From Burkholderiaceae bacterium (GTDB lineage Bacteria; Pseudomonadota; Gammaproteobacteria; Burkholderiales; Burkholderiaceae_B), in contig JBKCTV010000091.1 in assembly GCA_046318595.1 (NCBI GenBank), forward strand, positions 63,102 to 127,101: DNA of 64,000 nucleotides, in the 5' to 3' direction. This document shows positions 1-9,562 of the stretch, one piece after another. How positions within the stretch are numbered: the stretch's first letter is position 1; every line of letters starts with the position of its first letter. The notes beneath the pieces were generated by a model. The model had not been told where the DNA came from, made no database searches, and saw only the letters and a program-made list of their open reading frames with translations. The position numbers and the translations under genes were made by a program.

Positions 1-56
1 CGATTGTAGTCGCCGGAACTGAAAAAGTCCGCCGGATGACGGCGTGATCGTTGCGT

Positions 57-1019
57 TTAACCATTCAGGGGGACCAGGAAGTCGTTGCTGATCCGGTTGC
101 CCAGATCGTTGACGCGTTCCAGGAAATTGGTCAAGTAGGCGTGCAGGCCGGTTTGCAAGATATCTTCGATGTGACCGTAGAGCAAGTCGGCGCGCAACCG
201 GCCGACGCGGCGCTCGGTATCGGCCGAGTAACGGTTTCGTACGGCGGTCAGTGTGGTGTACAGCTCGTCGATCGAGCAGATCAGCGAGCGCGGCATGTCG
301 GCCCGCAGGATCAGGAGCTCTGCCACCCGTGCCGGCGTGATGAGGTCGCGGTAGACGCGGCGATACACTTCGAACGCCGACACCGAGCGCAGAATGGCTG
401 CCCAGTGATAGTAATCGGCGTGTTGATCGGTCGGCAGGTCCGGGTCGCCGGTCGGGCTGAACGGCAGGCTGTGGAACTTTACGTCGAGCAGCCGCGCGGT
501 ATTGTCGGCACGCTCCAGAAAGCTGCCGGCACGGATGAAATGGAAGGTTTCGTCCTTGAGCATGGTGCCGAATACCACGCCACGCGACAGGTGGGAGCGA
601 AACTTGACCCACTCGAAAAACTGCGATGGTGCGGTGTGCAGCAAGCCATCGTCGAGATGTTTGTTCAATTCCAGCCAGGTGGTGTTATAAGTCTCCCAAA
701 CTTCGGTGGTCAGCGTGCCACGCACGGCGCGGGCGTTTTCGCGGGCGGATTGCAGGCAGGAATAAATGCTCGAGGTGTTGTCGGGATCGCAGACCATGAA
801 GTTGAGCACGGCCTGGGGCGAGAAGTCCAGCTTGCGTTTGGCGTAGTCGGCTTGCAGTTCGCAAATCGACAGCATCGCTTTCCAGCCCAGCTCAGCCTCT
901 TCGCGGCTTTGCGGCAGCAGGGAAGTCTGGACGTTGACGTCGAGCATGCGGGCGGTGTTTTCGGCGCGTTCGATATAGCGCGACATCCAGTAAACGTGAT
1001 CGGCCGTGCGGCTGAGCAT
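57..1019 (-). CDS. alpha-E domain-containing protein (DUF403 family)
   Basis: 320-aa ORF. The opening MLSRTADHVYWMSRYIERAEN is the typical alpha-E/DUF403 N-terminus. It lies directly downstream of a circularly permuted ATP-grasp gene, the usual partner. Confidence 0.8.
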   Translation of the reverse strand: MLSRTADHVYWMSRYIERAENTARMLDVNVQTSLLPQSREEAELGWKAMLSICELQADYAKRKLDFSPQAVLNFMVCDPDNTSSIYSCLQSARENARAVRGTLTTEVWETYNTTWLELNKHLDDGLLHTAPSQFFEWVKFRSHLSRGVVFGTMLKDETFHFIRAGSFLERADNTARLLDVKFHSLPFSPTGDPDLPTDQHADYYHWAAILRSVSAFEVYRRVYRDLITPARVAELLILRADMPRSLICSIDELYTTLTAVRNRYSADTERRVGRLRADLLYGHIEDILQTGLHAYLTNFLERVNDLGNRISNDFLVPLNG

Positions 1020-1061
1020 GGTGATTCCTTGAAATTCTTTAGTTGATGAACGAAAGCGCCG

Positions 1062-2480
1062 TCATTCCAAAACCCAGGTGTCCTTGGTGCCGCCGCCCTG
1101 GCTGCTGTTGACCACCAGCGAGCCATCGCGCAACGCCACCCGCGTCAGCCCGCCGGGCACCATCGCCACGTCCTTGCCCGATAAAACGAAGGGGCGCAGA
1201 TCGATATGGCGTGGCGCGACGCCGGATTCGACGAAGGTCGGGCATGCCGACAACGCCAAAGTCGGCTGAGCGATGTACTGATCGGGGTGGGCTTTCAGCA
1301 GGTCGCGAAACGTGGCGATTTCGGCCTGTGTGGCTGCTGGTCCGATGAGCATGCCGTAGCCGCCAGCCCCATGCACCTCTTTGACGACCAGCTCGGGCAG
1401 GTGCGCCAGGACATGCTGCAAGTCCTGCGGTTTACGGCACTGCCAGGTCGGCACGTTATTCAGCAAAGGCGCCTCGGCGAGATAAAAGCGAATCATGTCA
1501 GGGACGAACGGATAAATCGACTTGTCGTCGGCCACGCCTGTGCCAATCGCGTTCGATAAAGTGACGTTGCCGGCACGGTAGGCCGACAACAAACCGGGAA
1601 TGCCGATTTGCGAATCGCTGCGAAACGCGTTCGGATCGAGAAAGTCGTCGTCGATCCGCCGGTAAATCACGTCGACTTTGGTCGGTCCCTGCGTGGTGCG
1701 CATGTACAGTATCTCGTCTTCGACGAACAAGTCCTGCCCCTCGACCAGCTCGACGCCCATTTGCTGCGCCAGAAACGCGTGTTCGAAATAAGCCGAGTTA
1801 TACATCCCGGGCGTGAGGACGACCACGGTCGGGTCGGCGATGCCCTGCGGCGCAACCGAGCGCAGGCTGTTGAGCAGCAGATCGGGGTAATGCTCGACCG
1901 GTTCGACGCGATGATTCGCGAACAGGTCCGGAAAAAGTCGCATCATCATTTTGCGGTTTTCCAGCATATAGCTGACGCCGCTCGGTACGCGTAAATTGTC
2001 CTCCAGCACATAGAATTCGCCGGCTCCGGCGCGCACCACATCGACGCCCGCAATGTGTGCATAGATGTCTCGCGCCACGCTCACGCCCTGCATTTCGGGC
2101 CGATACTGGGCATTCGTGAAAACATGCTCGGCCGGCACCACGCCGGCCTTGACGATTTTCTGATCGTGATAAATATCCTGCAAAAACATATTCAGCGCCA
2201 ATACGCGCTGGCGCAAGCCGGTTTCCAGCAAGGCCCACTCCGCCGCTGGAATGATGCGCGGAATGATATCGAACGGGATCAGCCGTTCGGTGCCGGCGTC
2301 ATCCCCATACACGGCAAAGGTGATGCCGACCCGCCGAAAAATCAGATCGGCCTCGGCACGTTTGTTGAATAACAGCGCGGCGGGTTGGCGGGCCAGCCAC
2401 GCGGAAAAAATTTCGTAATGCGGACGCGTACCGCCGTCCTGCGTGGTCATTTCGTTGAAATATGTGCTGTCGTTGGTCAT
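1062..2480 (-). CDS. circularly permuted type-2 ATP-grasp protein (DUF404/DUF407)
   Basis: The ORF track gives 1062..2990, but the first 170 codons overlap comEC and are Arg/Ala-rich junk. I set the start at the ATG at 2478-2480 (MTNDSTYFNEM...), giving 472 aa. The family call comes from overall sequence character and pairing with the alpha-E gene. Confidence 0.75.
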   Translation of the reverse strand: MTNDSTYFNEMTTQDGGTRPHYEIFSAWLARQPAALLFNKRAEADLIFRRVGITFAVYGDDAGTERLIPFDIIPRIIPAAEWALLETGLRQRVLALNMFLQDIYHDQKIVKAGVVPAEHVFTNAQYRPEMQGVSVARDIYAHIAGVDVVRAGAGEFYVLEDNLRVPSGVSYMLENRKMMMRLFPDLFANHRVEPVEHYPDLLLNSLRSVAPQGIADPTVVVLTPGMYNSAYFEHAFLAQQMGVELVEGQDLFVEDEILYMRTTQGPTKVDVIYRRIDDDFLDPNAFRSDSQIGIPGLLSAYRAGNVTLSNAIGTGVADDKSIYPFVPDMIRFYLAEAPLLNNVPTWQCRKPQDLQHVLAHLPELVVKEVHGAGGYGMLIGPAATQAEIATFRDLLKAHPDQYIAQPTLALSACPTFVESGVAPRHIDLRPFVLSGKDVAMVPGGLTRVALRDGSLVVNSSQGGGTKDTWVLE

Positions 2481-2616
2481 GGTCGTCCCTGGAATCCCCG
2501 ACAGGCTAACAAGAAGCATGCCAGCTTTGCCAGTGGTGGACTGGTTCTGGTGCGGGTTGTTTGCGTTCGCCTTCGCCGAGCGCCCCTGGGCTGAGTAGCC
2601 AACAGCCACGCTTGCA

Positions 2617-5082
2617 TCATTGCTCGTCGATTGCTTCGTCGCCCGTTGCCAACGCCGGCGTATGCCAGTAGCGTCGCCGGACTTCCTTCGCCGCCGTGAC
2701 GCGAAAGCCGCTGGGTCCATCCGCTGCGAAATGCAAAGCGCCGGTTTGATCCGTGCGCAGCTTTTCGATTGGACGACTGGCGTAACGTGCCCAGACCTCG
2801 GGCTTGGGGTGACCGTAGCGGTTGCGGTAGCCCAACTGAAAAATCGCAAAGCGCGGTGCCACGGCATCGATGAAAATTTCACTCGACGAGGTTTTGGAGC
2901 CGTGATGCGGCACCAGCAGAATATCGGCTTGCAGGGCGGCGGCGCCGAGCCTGTCGAGCATCGCTTTTTCCTGCGCCACGCCAATGTCACCGACCAGTAA
3001 AGCGCTGCCGTGCCGGCCCGTGACTTTGAGGACGCAACTGGTGTCGTTCGGCTCTGCTTTAGGCGTGAAGTCGCGGTTTTCGGGAAATAAAAATTCGAAG
3101 CGCACGGCGTCCCACACCCAGGCTTGTCCTCTTCGGCATGCTATGTAGCGTGGCGCAAGCTTGATTAAGGCGTGGTCACTCGGCAAAGAGCCGGCCAGCC
3201 AGGACGGCGTGGCCTGTTCGAGCACTGATTTGGCGCCACCCGCATGATCGTTGTCCTGATGCGAAACCACCAGGCCATCGGCGCGGCGCAGCCCATGCTG
3301 CGCCAGCCAGGGCAATACGACACGCAGTCCGCTGTCGGCTTGCGGGCTCATCGCCGGTCCGGTGTCGTACAGCAAAGTATGCTGCGCCGTTTGCACCGCC
3401 AACGCATTGCCCTGGCCAATGTCCAGCACGTCCAGTGTAAAGTCGCCTTCGACCGGCCGCGCGACTGGCCACCACCACAGCGCGGTCAGTAAGACGACGC
3501 CGAGCCCACGGCCGGGCACGCCGCGCGGTGCCAGAATCCACAAGGAGCCGATGACGCTGGCGATGCAGACCGCCGCCGGTGGTACGGCCGCCGGTAAGCT
3601 CGCCATCGACCACTCCGCCATTGGGCGCAGCAAATCGAACAAGCCGCTGAGCGCCCGATCCGCCCAGTGCAGTGGCAAGGCCCAGCCGCTGAAAGCACCG
3701 AGCATTGCCAATGGTGTGACGACGAAGCTCACCCAGGGAATGGCGACCGCGTTGGCCGCCGGGCTGACCAGAGACAACTGCGAAAACAGCATCACCGTCA
3801 GGGGTACAAGCCCGACCGTCACCGTCCATTGCGCCCAGACCGCCTCGCGCAGCCAGTCCCAGCGGGACTTGACGAAGCGCAGCCGCCCGACATTCGCGTA
3901 CATCAGCAAACCGACCGCGCCGAACGACAGCCAGAACCCCGCACTCAAAATCGCCCAGGGGTCGAGCAGGCAGGTCACGCCGGCGGCAAACCCCAGGATA
4001 TGCACGGGCGACGGCCGGCTTTGTAGCAGCAAAGCCAGAACGATCGCGCTCAACATGAAGACCGTGCGCTGCGCCGGAATGCCCCAGCCCGCCAAGAGAC
4101 AATAAAACAGCGCCGCCACCAAACCGAGCACCGCGCCAGCTTTCGGCGCCGGCACCTTCAAACACAGCCATGCACTGCGCTTCCAGAGCAATTTGCAAAA
4201 CCAGCCGGCCAGCGCCGCGAACAAGGTGATGTGCATGCCGGAAATCGACACCAGATGCCCGATTCCGGTCGCGGAAAAGAGCTTCCAGTCGGCGGTGGTG
4301 ATTTCGCGCTGATCACCCAGCACCAGCGCGACCAGCACGGCGCGGTTGGGTGCGTGAAGCAGGGCGGTATTCATCCGGCCACGCAGGAACTCCCGCAGAC
4401 TTTGCACCAGCAAGTCGAAACGCTCGCCACGGATATTGCGCAATGGCCGAGCACGCTGCTTGGTCAGCTTGTCGACGATGGACGCCGTGGCACCGATCCC
4501 GTTGGCGAACCAATAGGCCTGCACATCGAAACCGTCGAACTGCAAGGGCGCGACCGGCCGCTTCAACCGCACCGGCAATTGCCAGACATCGCCGACACGC
4601 ACTATCGGTAACGCCCCCGCTTTTTGCGTTCCGAACCCACCACTTGCCCAGCTGAACGACGCCCGACCAGGCACCCGTTCGCAGCCGGTTGCGTGCGGCG
4701 GGCGTTCGAAACCGACGATTTCGCCATTCCACTTCAGGCCGGAGTCGGTCGGCGAGGGCAGTTCCGCGACGAGGATATCGGCCCACACCGTCAAGCCTTC
4801 GCAAGCCGCCGGCAGCCGGTCTGCCAGCCGCGCCCTGACCTGCCAAGCGGCCATGTTCCAGGCCAGGGCGGCGCCCAGCAGCGCACCGCCGAGCAGGACG
4901 AGAGGGGCCGCAGCGCCTTGGTGCAAATGGTTGATTGTCAGTAGTGTCAGGGCAGTGAAAGCCAGGGCGAAGCCGGCCATCCAGGTCAGCGGGCCAATCT
5001 CGGCTTGGCCATGAAAAACAACCAAGGCCATCAAAAGACCGGCCAAGCTGGCAAAGACTGGTGATTGCAAACGCGCCTCCAT
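2617..5082 (-). CDS. comEC: DNA internalization-related competence protein ComEC/Rec2
   Basis: 821 aa with many TM segments and a C-terminal metallo-beta-lactamase-type motif (VSHQDNDHAGG). Size and architecture fit ComEC. Confidence 0.85.
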   Translation of the reverse strand: MEARLQSPVFASLAGLLMALVVFHGQAEIGPLTWMAGFALAFTALTLLTINHLHQGAAAPLVLLGGALLGAALAWNMAAWQVRARLADRLPAACEGLTVWADILVAELPSPTDSGLKWNGEIVGFERPPHATGCERVPGRASFSWASGGFGTQKAGALPIVRVGDVWQLPVRLKRPVAPLQFDGFDVQAYWFANGIGATASIVDKLTKQRARPLRNIRGERFDLLVQSLREFLRGRMNTALLHAPNRAVLVALVLGDQREITTADWKLFSATGIGHLVSISGMHITLFAALAGWFCKLLWKRSAWLCLKVPAPKAGAVLGLVAALFYCLLAGWGIPAQRTVFMLSAIVLALLLQSRPSPVHILGFAAGVTCLLDPWAILSAGFWLSFGAVGLLMYANVGRLRFVKSRWDWLREAVWAQWTVTVGLVPLTVMLFSQLSLVSPAANAVAIPWVSFVVTPLAMLGAFSGWALPLHWADRALSGLFDLLRPMAEWSMASLPAAVPPAAVCIASVIGSLWILAPRGVPGRGLGVVLLTALWWWPVARPVEGDFTLDVLDIGQGNALAVQTAQHTLLYDTGPAMSPQADSGLRVVLPWLAQHGLRRADGLVVSHQDNDHAGGAKSVLEQATPSWLAGSLPSDHALIKLAPRYIACRRGQAWVWDAVRFEFLFPENRDFTPKAEPNDTSCVLKVTGRHGSALLVGDIGVAQEKAMLDRLGAAALQADILLVPHHGSKTSSSEIFIDAVAPRFAIFQLGYRNRYGHPKPEVWARYASRPIEKLRTDQTGALHFAADGPSGFRVTAAKEVRRRYWHTPALATGDEAIDEQ

Positions 5083-5162
5083 GAGGGGAAGCGCGGATTA
5101 TTCAACAAACTAAAAACATCGCCACGAGAGTGATCTCGAACGAGGGATGGTAGTTAATTCTT

Positions 5163-5960
5163 TCAGCGCATTCGAATAGTCTCACCATGCCAGCCGCGCA
5201 AAACTCTCTTCGCATTTGCTCCAGTCACCGCCGCCAACTCCGTTAGCGGCATGCCTCGCAACGCTGCCAGTTCCTGCGCGATTCTCGCCACCTCCGCCGG
5301 CTCGTTGCGTTGCTTGTATCGCCACGCCGGCGCGATATCCGGCGCGTCGGTTTCCAGCACGATGGCGTCGATCGGCAGCTCGACCGCCAGCCGGCGAATC
5401 TGCCGCGCGCGTTCGAAAGTCAGGTTGCCGCCGAAGCCCAGGGCAAAGCCCAGTCCAATGAACTGCCCGGCCTGCTGAAAGCTGCCGTTGAACGCATGTG
5501 CGATCCCTGTGGGCGGCGCTATTTCCCGTAGATGCCTGAGTACGAGGTCCTGCGCTTTGCGCACATGCAACAAAACCGGCAACGCATGGTTGCGCGCGAT
5601 TTTCAGTTGTCCCCGAAAAAAACGGATCTGCCGGGCCATGTCCAGCCCCGGAACGAAACCGTCCAGGCCGATTTCGCCGATCCCGACAAAGCGCGGGTCG
5701 CCCTGCGCTGCGGCAACGGCCTCCTGTAAATGTTCGAGGTCCTCATCGGCCGCCGCCATCACGCATAAGGGATGAATGCCGAGCGTATAGGCCGCGCCCG
5801 GAAGCGAATGTGCCAGCGCCCGCACCGTTGTGAAATTGTGCCGCCCGATTGCGGGGATCACCAGCCCGTGCACGTCCGCCGCCCGGGCCCGCGCCATGAC
5901 GGCCGGCCGGTCGGCCGCGAACTCCGCAGCGTCCAGATGAACATGGGTATCAATCCACAT
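5163..5960 (-). CDS. TatD-family metal-dependent hydrolase
   Basis: 265 aa. The N-terminal MWIDTHVHLD motif is typical of TatD/YjjV hydrolases. Confidence 0.85.
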   Translation of the reverse strand: MWIDTHVHLDAAEFAADRPAVMARARAADVHGLVIPAIGRHNFTTVRALAHSLPGAAYTLGIHPLCVMAAADEDLEHLQEAVAAAQGDPRFVGIGEIGLDGFVPGLDMARQIRFFRGQLKIARNHALPVLLHVRKAQDLVLRHLREIAPPTGIAHAFNGSFQQAGQFIGLGFALGFGGNLTFERARQIRRLAVELPIDAIVLETDAPDIAPAWRYKQRNEPAEVARIAQELAALRGMPLTELAAVTGANAKRVLRGWHGETIRMR

Positions 5961-5998
5961 GAAGGCCTTTCTGTGAGATGGAAACCGCTCTCAGGTCA

Positions 5999-6050
5999 CT
6001 AAATTTTTTTGGCATCGGGCTAAATTTTTGGCGAATTCCGACTAAAATCG
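5999..6050. repeat. three direct copies of a CTAAAWTTT-type motif in the prx-grx upstream region
   Basis: ctaaatttttttggc (5999-6013), ctaaatttttggcg (6020-6033) and ctaaaatcg (6042-6050), 40-90 nt upstream of the ATG at 6090. This may be a regulator binding array. Confidence 0.4.
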
Positions 6051-6089
6051 TAGGACAAACTGCTTACCTTTCAGAAAGAGGAGTCAAGA

Positions 6090-6830
6090 ATGGCGTTGCA
6101 ATCCAAAGAGGGCCAACCCGTCCCGAACGTTTCTTTTCGTATCCGGCGCAATGGCGACTGGGCGACCGTCACCAGCGACGAGTTGTTCAAAGGTAAAAAC
6201 GTCATCGTTTTTTCGCTGCCTGGTGCTTTCACGCCCACCTGCTCGTCGACCCATTTGCCACGTTACAACGAATTGGCGCCGGCATTCAAACAAAACGGTA
6301 TCGAGTCGATCATCTGTATTTCGGTCAACGACCCATTCGTCATGGAAGAGTGGGGCAAAGACCAGGAAGCTGAAAACATCATGCTGCTGTCCGACGGGAA
6401 TGGCAAGTTCACCGAAGAAATGGGTATGTTGGTCGATAAAAGCGATTTGAATTTCGGCAAACGCTCATGGCGCTATTCGATGCTCGTGCGCGACGGCAAA
6501 ATCGAAAAAATGTTCATCGAACCCGAAAAGGCAGGCGATCCGTTTGAAGTCTCCGACGCCGACACAATGCTCGAGTTTCTCTCGCCCGGTTCGCAGCGCC
6601 CGGATCAGGTCGCGATTTTAACGCGTCCTGGTTGCTCGTTCTGCGCCAAAGCCAAAGCTGCTCTCGACCGCGCCGGATATACGTATGCCGAAGTGTCGCT
6701 CGATCACAAAGTTCGCACCCGGGTTTTGGGGGCGATCGCCGGGGCGCAGACCGTGCCGCAGGTGTTCGTCAACGGCAAGCTGATTGGCGGCAGCGACGAT
6801 CTGGAAAAATTCCTGACCCGCACCCGCTGA
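6090..6830 (+). CDS. hybrid peroxiredoxin-glutaredoxin (Prx5-type peroxiredoxin fused to Grx)
   Basis: 246 aa. The N-terminal half has the PGAFTPTCS peroxidatic-Cys motif. The C-terminal half has the glutaredoxin CSFC active site and a GG pair (GKLIGGSDDL). Confidence 0.9.
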   Translation: MALQSKEGQPVPNVSFRIRRNGDWATVTSDELFKGKNVIVFSLPGAFTPTCSSTHLPRYNELAPAFKQNGIESIICISVNDPFVMEEWGKDQEAENIMLLSDGNGKFTEEMGMLVDKSDLNFGKRSWRYSMLVRDGKIEKMFIEPEKAGDPFEVSDADTMLEFLSPGSQRPDQVAILTRPGCSFCAKAKAALDRAGYTYAEVSLDHKVRTRVLGAIAGAQTVPQVFVNGKLIGGSDDLEKFLTRTR

Positions 6831-6839
6831 GGCTGACGC

Positions 6840-8228
6840 ATGCCATCACTGCAAACCGACATCGCCATCATCGGCGCCGGCACCGCCGGACTGGCGGCGT
6901 ACCGCGCAGCCAAGGCCGCTGGTAAACGCTCGCTGCTCATTCAAGGCGGCCCGTTCGGCACCACCTGCGCGCGCGTGGGCTGTATGCCGAGCAAGCTCTT
7001 GATCGCGCCGGCCGAGGCCGCGCACAGTATTGAGCGGTTCAGCGAGTTTGGGTTGAAACTGCATTGCGACGTCGAGGTTGATGGCGCTGCAGTGATGGCC
7101 CGCGTCCGGCGCGAGCGCGACCGGTTCGTCGGCTTCGTCCTGGACGGCGTGGATAAAATCCCCGCTGAGGACAAGCTGCTCGGTTATGCGCGCTTTGTCG
7201 ATGAGCATACTTTGCAAGTCGACGACCACACCACGGTTTACGCCGAGCGCGTCGTGATTGCGACGGGTTCGTCGCCATCACACCCGCCGTTATGGAAGTC
7301 GCTGGGCGACCGCCTGGTGACCAATGACGAGGTGTTTTACTGGCACGACCTGCCGCGTAGCGTTGCGGTGTTCGGTCCGGGCGTGATCGGTCTAGAAATC
7401 GGTCAGGCCTTGCATCGACTGGGCGTGCGTGTGAAAGTGTTCGGGCGCGGTGGTGGCGTGGGGCCTTTGAGCGATCCTGTCCTGCTCGCGCAGGCTCGCG
7501 AATTGTTCAATCAGGAGTTCTATCTCGACACCAACGCCTTGGCCGATGTCAAGCTGACTGAGGACGGTCAGGCAGTGTGCGTATCTTATCGCCATCTGGA
7601 CGGCACGCAGCAGGTCGAGCATTTCGATTATCTGCTCGCTGCCACGGGTCGGACCCCCAACCTTAAAAACCTCGGTCTTGAAAACACCTCGCTGGCATTG
7701 GACGAGCGGGGCGTGCCGGTGTTTGACCGTTTCACTATGCAGGCAGGCGCAGGTCCGATTTTCATCGCTGGCGACGCCAATAACGACCTTCCGCTGCTGC
7801 ACGAAGCCGCAGACGAAGGCAAGATCGCCGGCGCGAATGCCGCCGCCTATCCGAACGTACAGCCCGGTCTGCGGCGTGCGCCGCTGGGCGTGGTGTTCAC
7901 CGACCCGCAGATTGCGCTGGTCGGCAATGGCTGGCGCGCGGTGCAGGATAAAACCTATGTTACCGGTAGCGTTTCGTTTGCCGATCAGGGCCGGTCGCGT
8001 GTGATGCTGCGCAACAAAGGTTTGTTGCACGTCTACGCCGAAAAAGGTGCCGGGCGCTTTTTAGGGGCCGAGATGATTGGTCCTGACGCCGAACACATAG
8101 GCCACTTGCTGGCCTGGTCCTTACAGGCCGGGTTGACCGTGGCTCAAATGCTCGATATGCCGTTCTATCACCCCGTGGTGGAAGAAGGGCTGCGAACGGC
8201 GCTGCGGGACGTCGCAGCGAAGGTTTGA
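6840..8228 (+). CDS. dihydrolipoyl dehydrogenase-family FAD/NAD(P) pyridine nucleotide-disulfide oxidoreductase
   Basis: 462 aa with a GAGTAGLAAY dinucleotide fold and a CARVGCMPSK redox-active disulfide (CxxxxC). A second GxGxxG (FGPGVIGLEIG) is present. Confidence 0.8.
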   Translation: MPSLQTDIAIIGAGTAGLAAYRAAKAAGKRSLLIQGGPFGTTCARVGCMPSKLLIAPAEAAHSIERFSEFGLKLHCDVEVDGAAVMARVRRERDRFVGFVLDGVDKIPAEDKLLGYARFVDEHTLQVDDHTTVYAERVVIATGSSPSHPPLWKSLGDRLVTNDEVFYWHDLPRSVAVFGPGVIGLEIGQALHRLGVRVKVFGRGGGVGPLSDPVLLAQARELFNQEFYLDTNALADVKLTEDGQAVCVSYRHLDGTQQVEHFDYLLAATGRTPNLKNLGLENTSLALDERGVPVFDRFTMQAGAGPIFIAGDANNDLPLLHEAADEGKIAGANAAAYPNVQPGLRRAPLGVVFTDPQIALVGNGWRAVQDKTYVTGSVSFADQGRSRVMLRNKGLLHVYAEKGAGRFLGAEMIGPDAEHIGHLLAWSLQAGLTVAQMLDMPFYHPVVEEGLRTALRDVAAKV

Positions 8229-8364
8229 AATCGCCTGTAGCTTGCTTTGCGAAGCCTCCGTTTTTCCGGCTGGAACCTCTGGAAGGCATTTTACTATCCT
8301 GTTAATTGAACGAACTGACTTTTAATGTCGGTTCGTTATGTCTTCAGCAATCGAGAGTCATTAA

Positions 8365-9120
8365 ATGCGACCAGTTAGCTCAACGATTTCTTCGCCGAAT
8401 ACCCTGCCTTCAACACCTCCATTGACGCCTGAGCGTGGGGCAGCCCAGCTTCATGAAGCAACCAAAGCTCAAAAAGAGTTCTTAAGCGCAATTGGAATGG
8501 AAGCGCTTGCAACCTTCGTCGGTTTTCTATGTCAGCATGGGATGGTTTCGTCCGAGGATTGGTGTCTGACAGGGTCCTCGGCCCTCAAAGTTCATGCGCT
8601 TCGTCTGGGCGATGAAACCATGGCTAATGACATATTGCCCAAGGACGCCGATATTTTGATATCGTCAATAAAAAAGCAGGTGCTGGGCGAAAAAATCAAA
8701 CATATGGATGACCAGGCAGGATTAGTCTGTCGTGAAACAGATGGTTTGTACATAGTAAAGAACGAGGGTTGGGAAAAATTTTTCAAAATTGATTTGATCA
8801 ATAATGATCAACGAGAATTCGCATGCCAGCATCCAACGATGATGCATGAAGAGCTGCCGATCATCAGCTTGCCGGACTTGCTAGTGCAAAATCGATTCGC
8901 GCTCGCAGAGGACTTGGCCGATCAGATCGCTGGTAACCCTGAAACAATCCAGCGACGGCAAAAGTTCGTTGAGTACTGCGAGAAACTGTTGAGCGTTGAA
9001 CAGATTCTGGGCGCGGCCCCTGTTTTTTCACAAACCGGCGTTGAGCCTACGTTTTTCGAGCTCGATAAAAAACTGCCGATCGAGAAGCCAAAAACAAAAC
9101 GACAAAAGCTTTTTTTCTAA
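8365..9120 (+). CDS. hypothetical protein (orphan, AT-rich; possible nucleotidyltransferase-fold or secreted protein)
   Basis: 251-aa ORF with a GAGAG Shine-Dalgarno about 8 nt upstream. I recognise no family. See the findings for its compositional features. Confidence 0.5.
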   Translation: MRPVSSTISSPNTLPSTPPLTPERGAAQLHEATKAQKEFLSAIGMEALATFVGFLCQHGMVSSEDWCLTGSSALKVHALRLGDETMANDILPKDADILISSIKKQVLGEKIKHMDDQAGLVCRETDGLYIVKNEGWEKFFKIDLINNDQREFACQHPTMMHEELPIISLPDLLVQNRFALAEDLADQIAGNPETIQRRQKFVEYCEKLLSVEQILGAAPVFSQTGVEPTFFELDKKLPIEKPKTKRQKLFF

Positions 9121-9339
9121 TTATTTTTTGCCGACTTGATTACCGATCAGCCCGCCGACTGCGGCCCCGCCAACTACAGCAGCAGGCGACCCGCTCAATA
9201 CCGCACCGGCTACAGCACCCGCTCCCGCTCCAATCGCAGTGTTTTTATCACGGCGGGTCATGTTGCTACAGGCGCTCAAAGAGGCTGCGAGGGCAAAGGC
9301 TACGGCGATAGCGCTCAGCATTTTTTTGGTGTTGTTCAT
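9121..9339 (-). CDS. glycine-zipper lipoprotein (OsmB-like)
   Basis: 72 aa with a signal peptide and lipobox LSAC. The rest is Gly/Ala zipper (GAGAGAVAGAVLSG...GGAAVGGLIGNQVG). Confidence 0.7.
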   Translation of the reverse strand: MNNTKKMLSAIAVAFALAASLSACSNMTRRDKNTAIGAGAGAVAGAVLSGSPAAVVGGAAVGGLIGNQVGKK

Positions 9340-9562
9340 ATCTAATCTCTCAAAGTGAAGAAAAGTAACAATCAGGCAATAATTTCTGCCATCTTAGCAG
9401 ATGGTGTGTCCATGCAACACCTGTCCGGGGGTGTTGACAGAAGACAGTGATCAAGGCATTCTACACAAGCAGGATCTTCAAGATTTGAGGGTTGCGTTCA
9501 ATGAGTAGCCCTCGTGGTTCTTCAGAAACTTCCCCTCTCACTTGTTGGCTGCGTTACTATCG

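Noticed and set aside
2481-2990. N-terminal 170-codon extension of the ATP-grasp ORF (track call 1062..2990).
   Set aside because: It overlaps the comEC 3' end and has a junk-like Arg/Ala/Ser composition. The conserved family sequence begins at the internal ATG at 2480.
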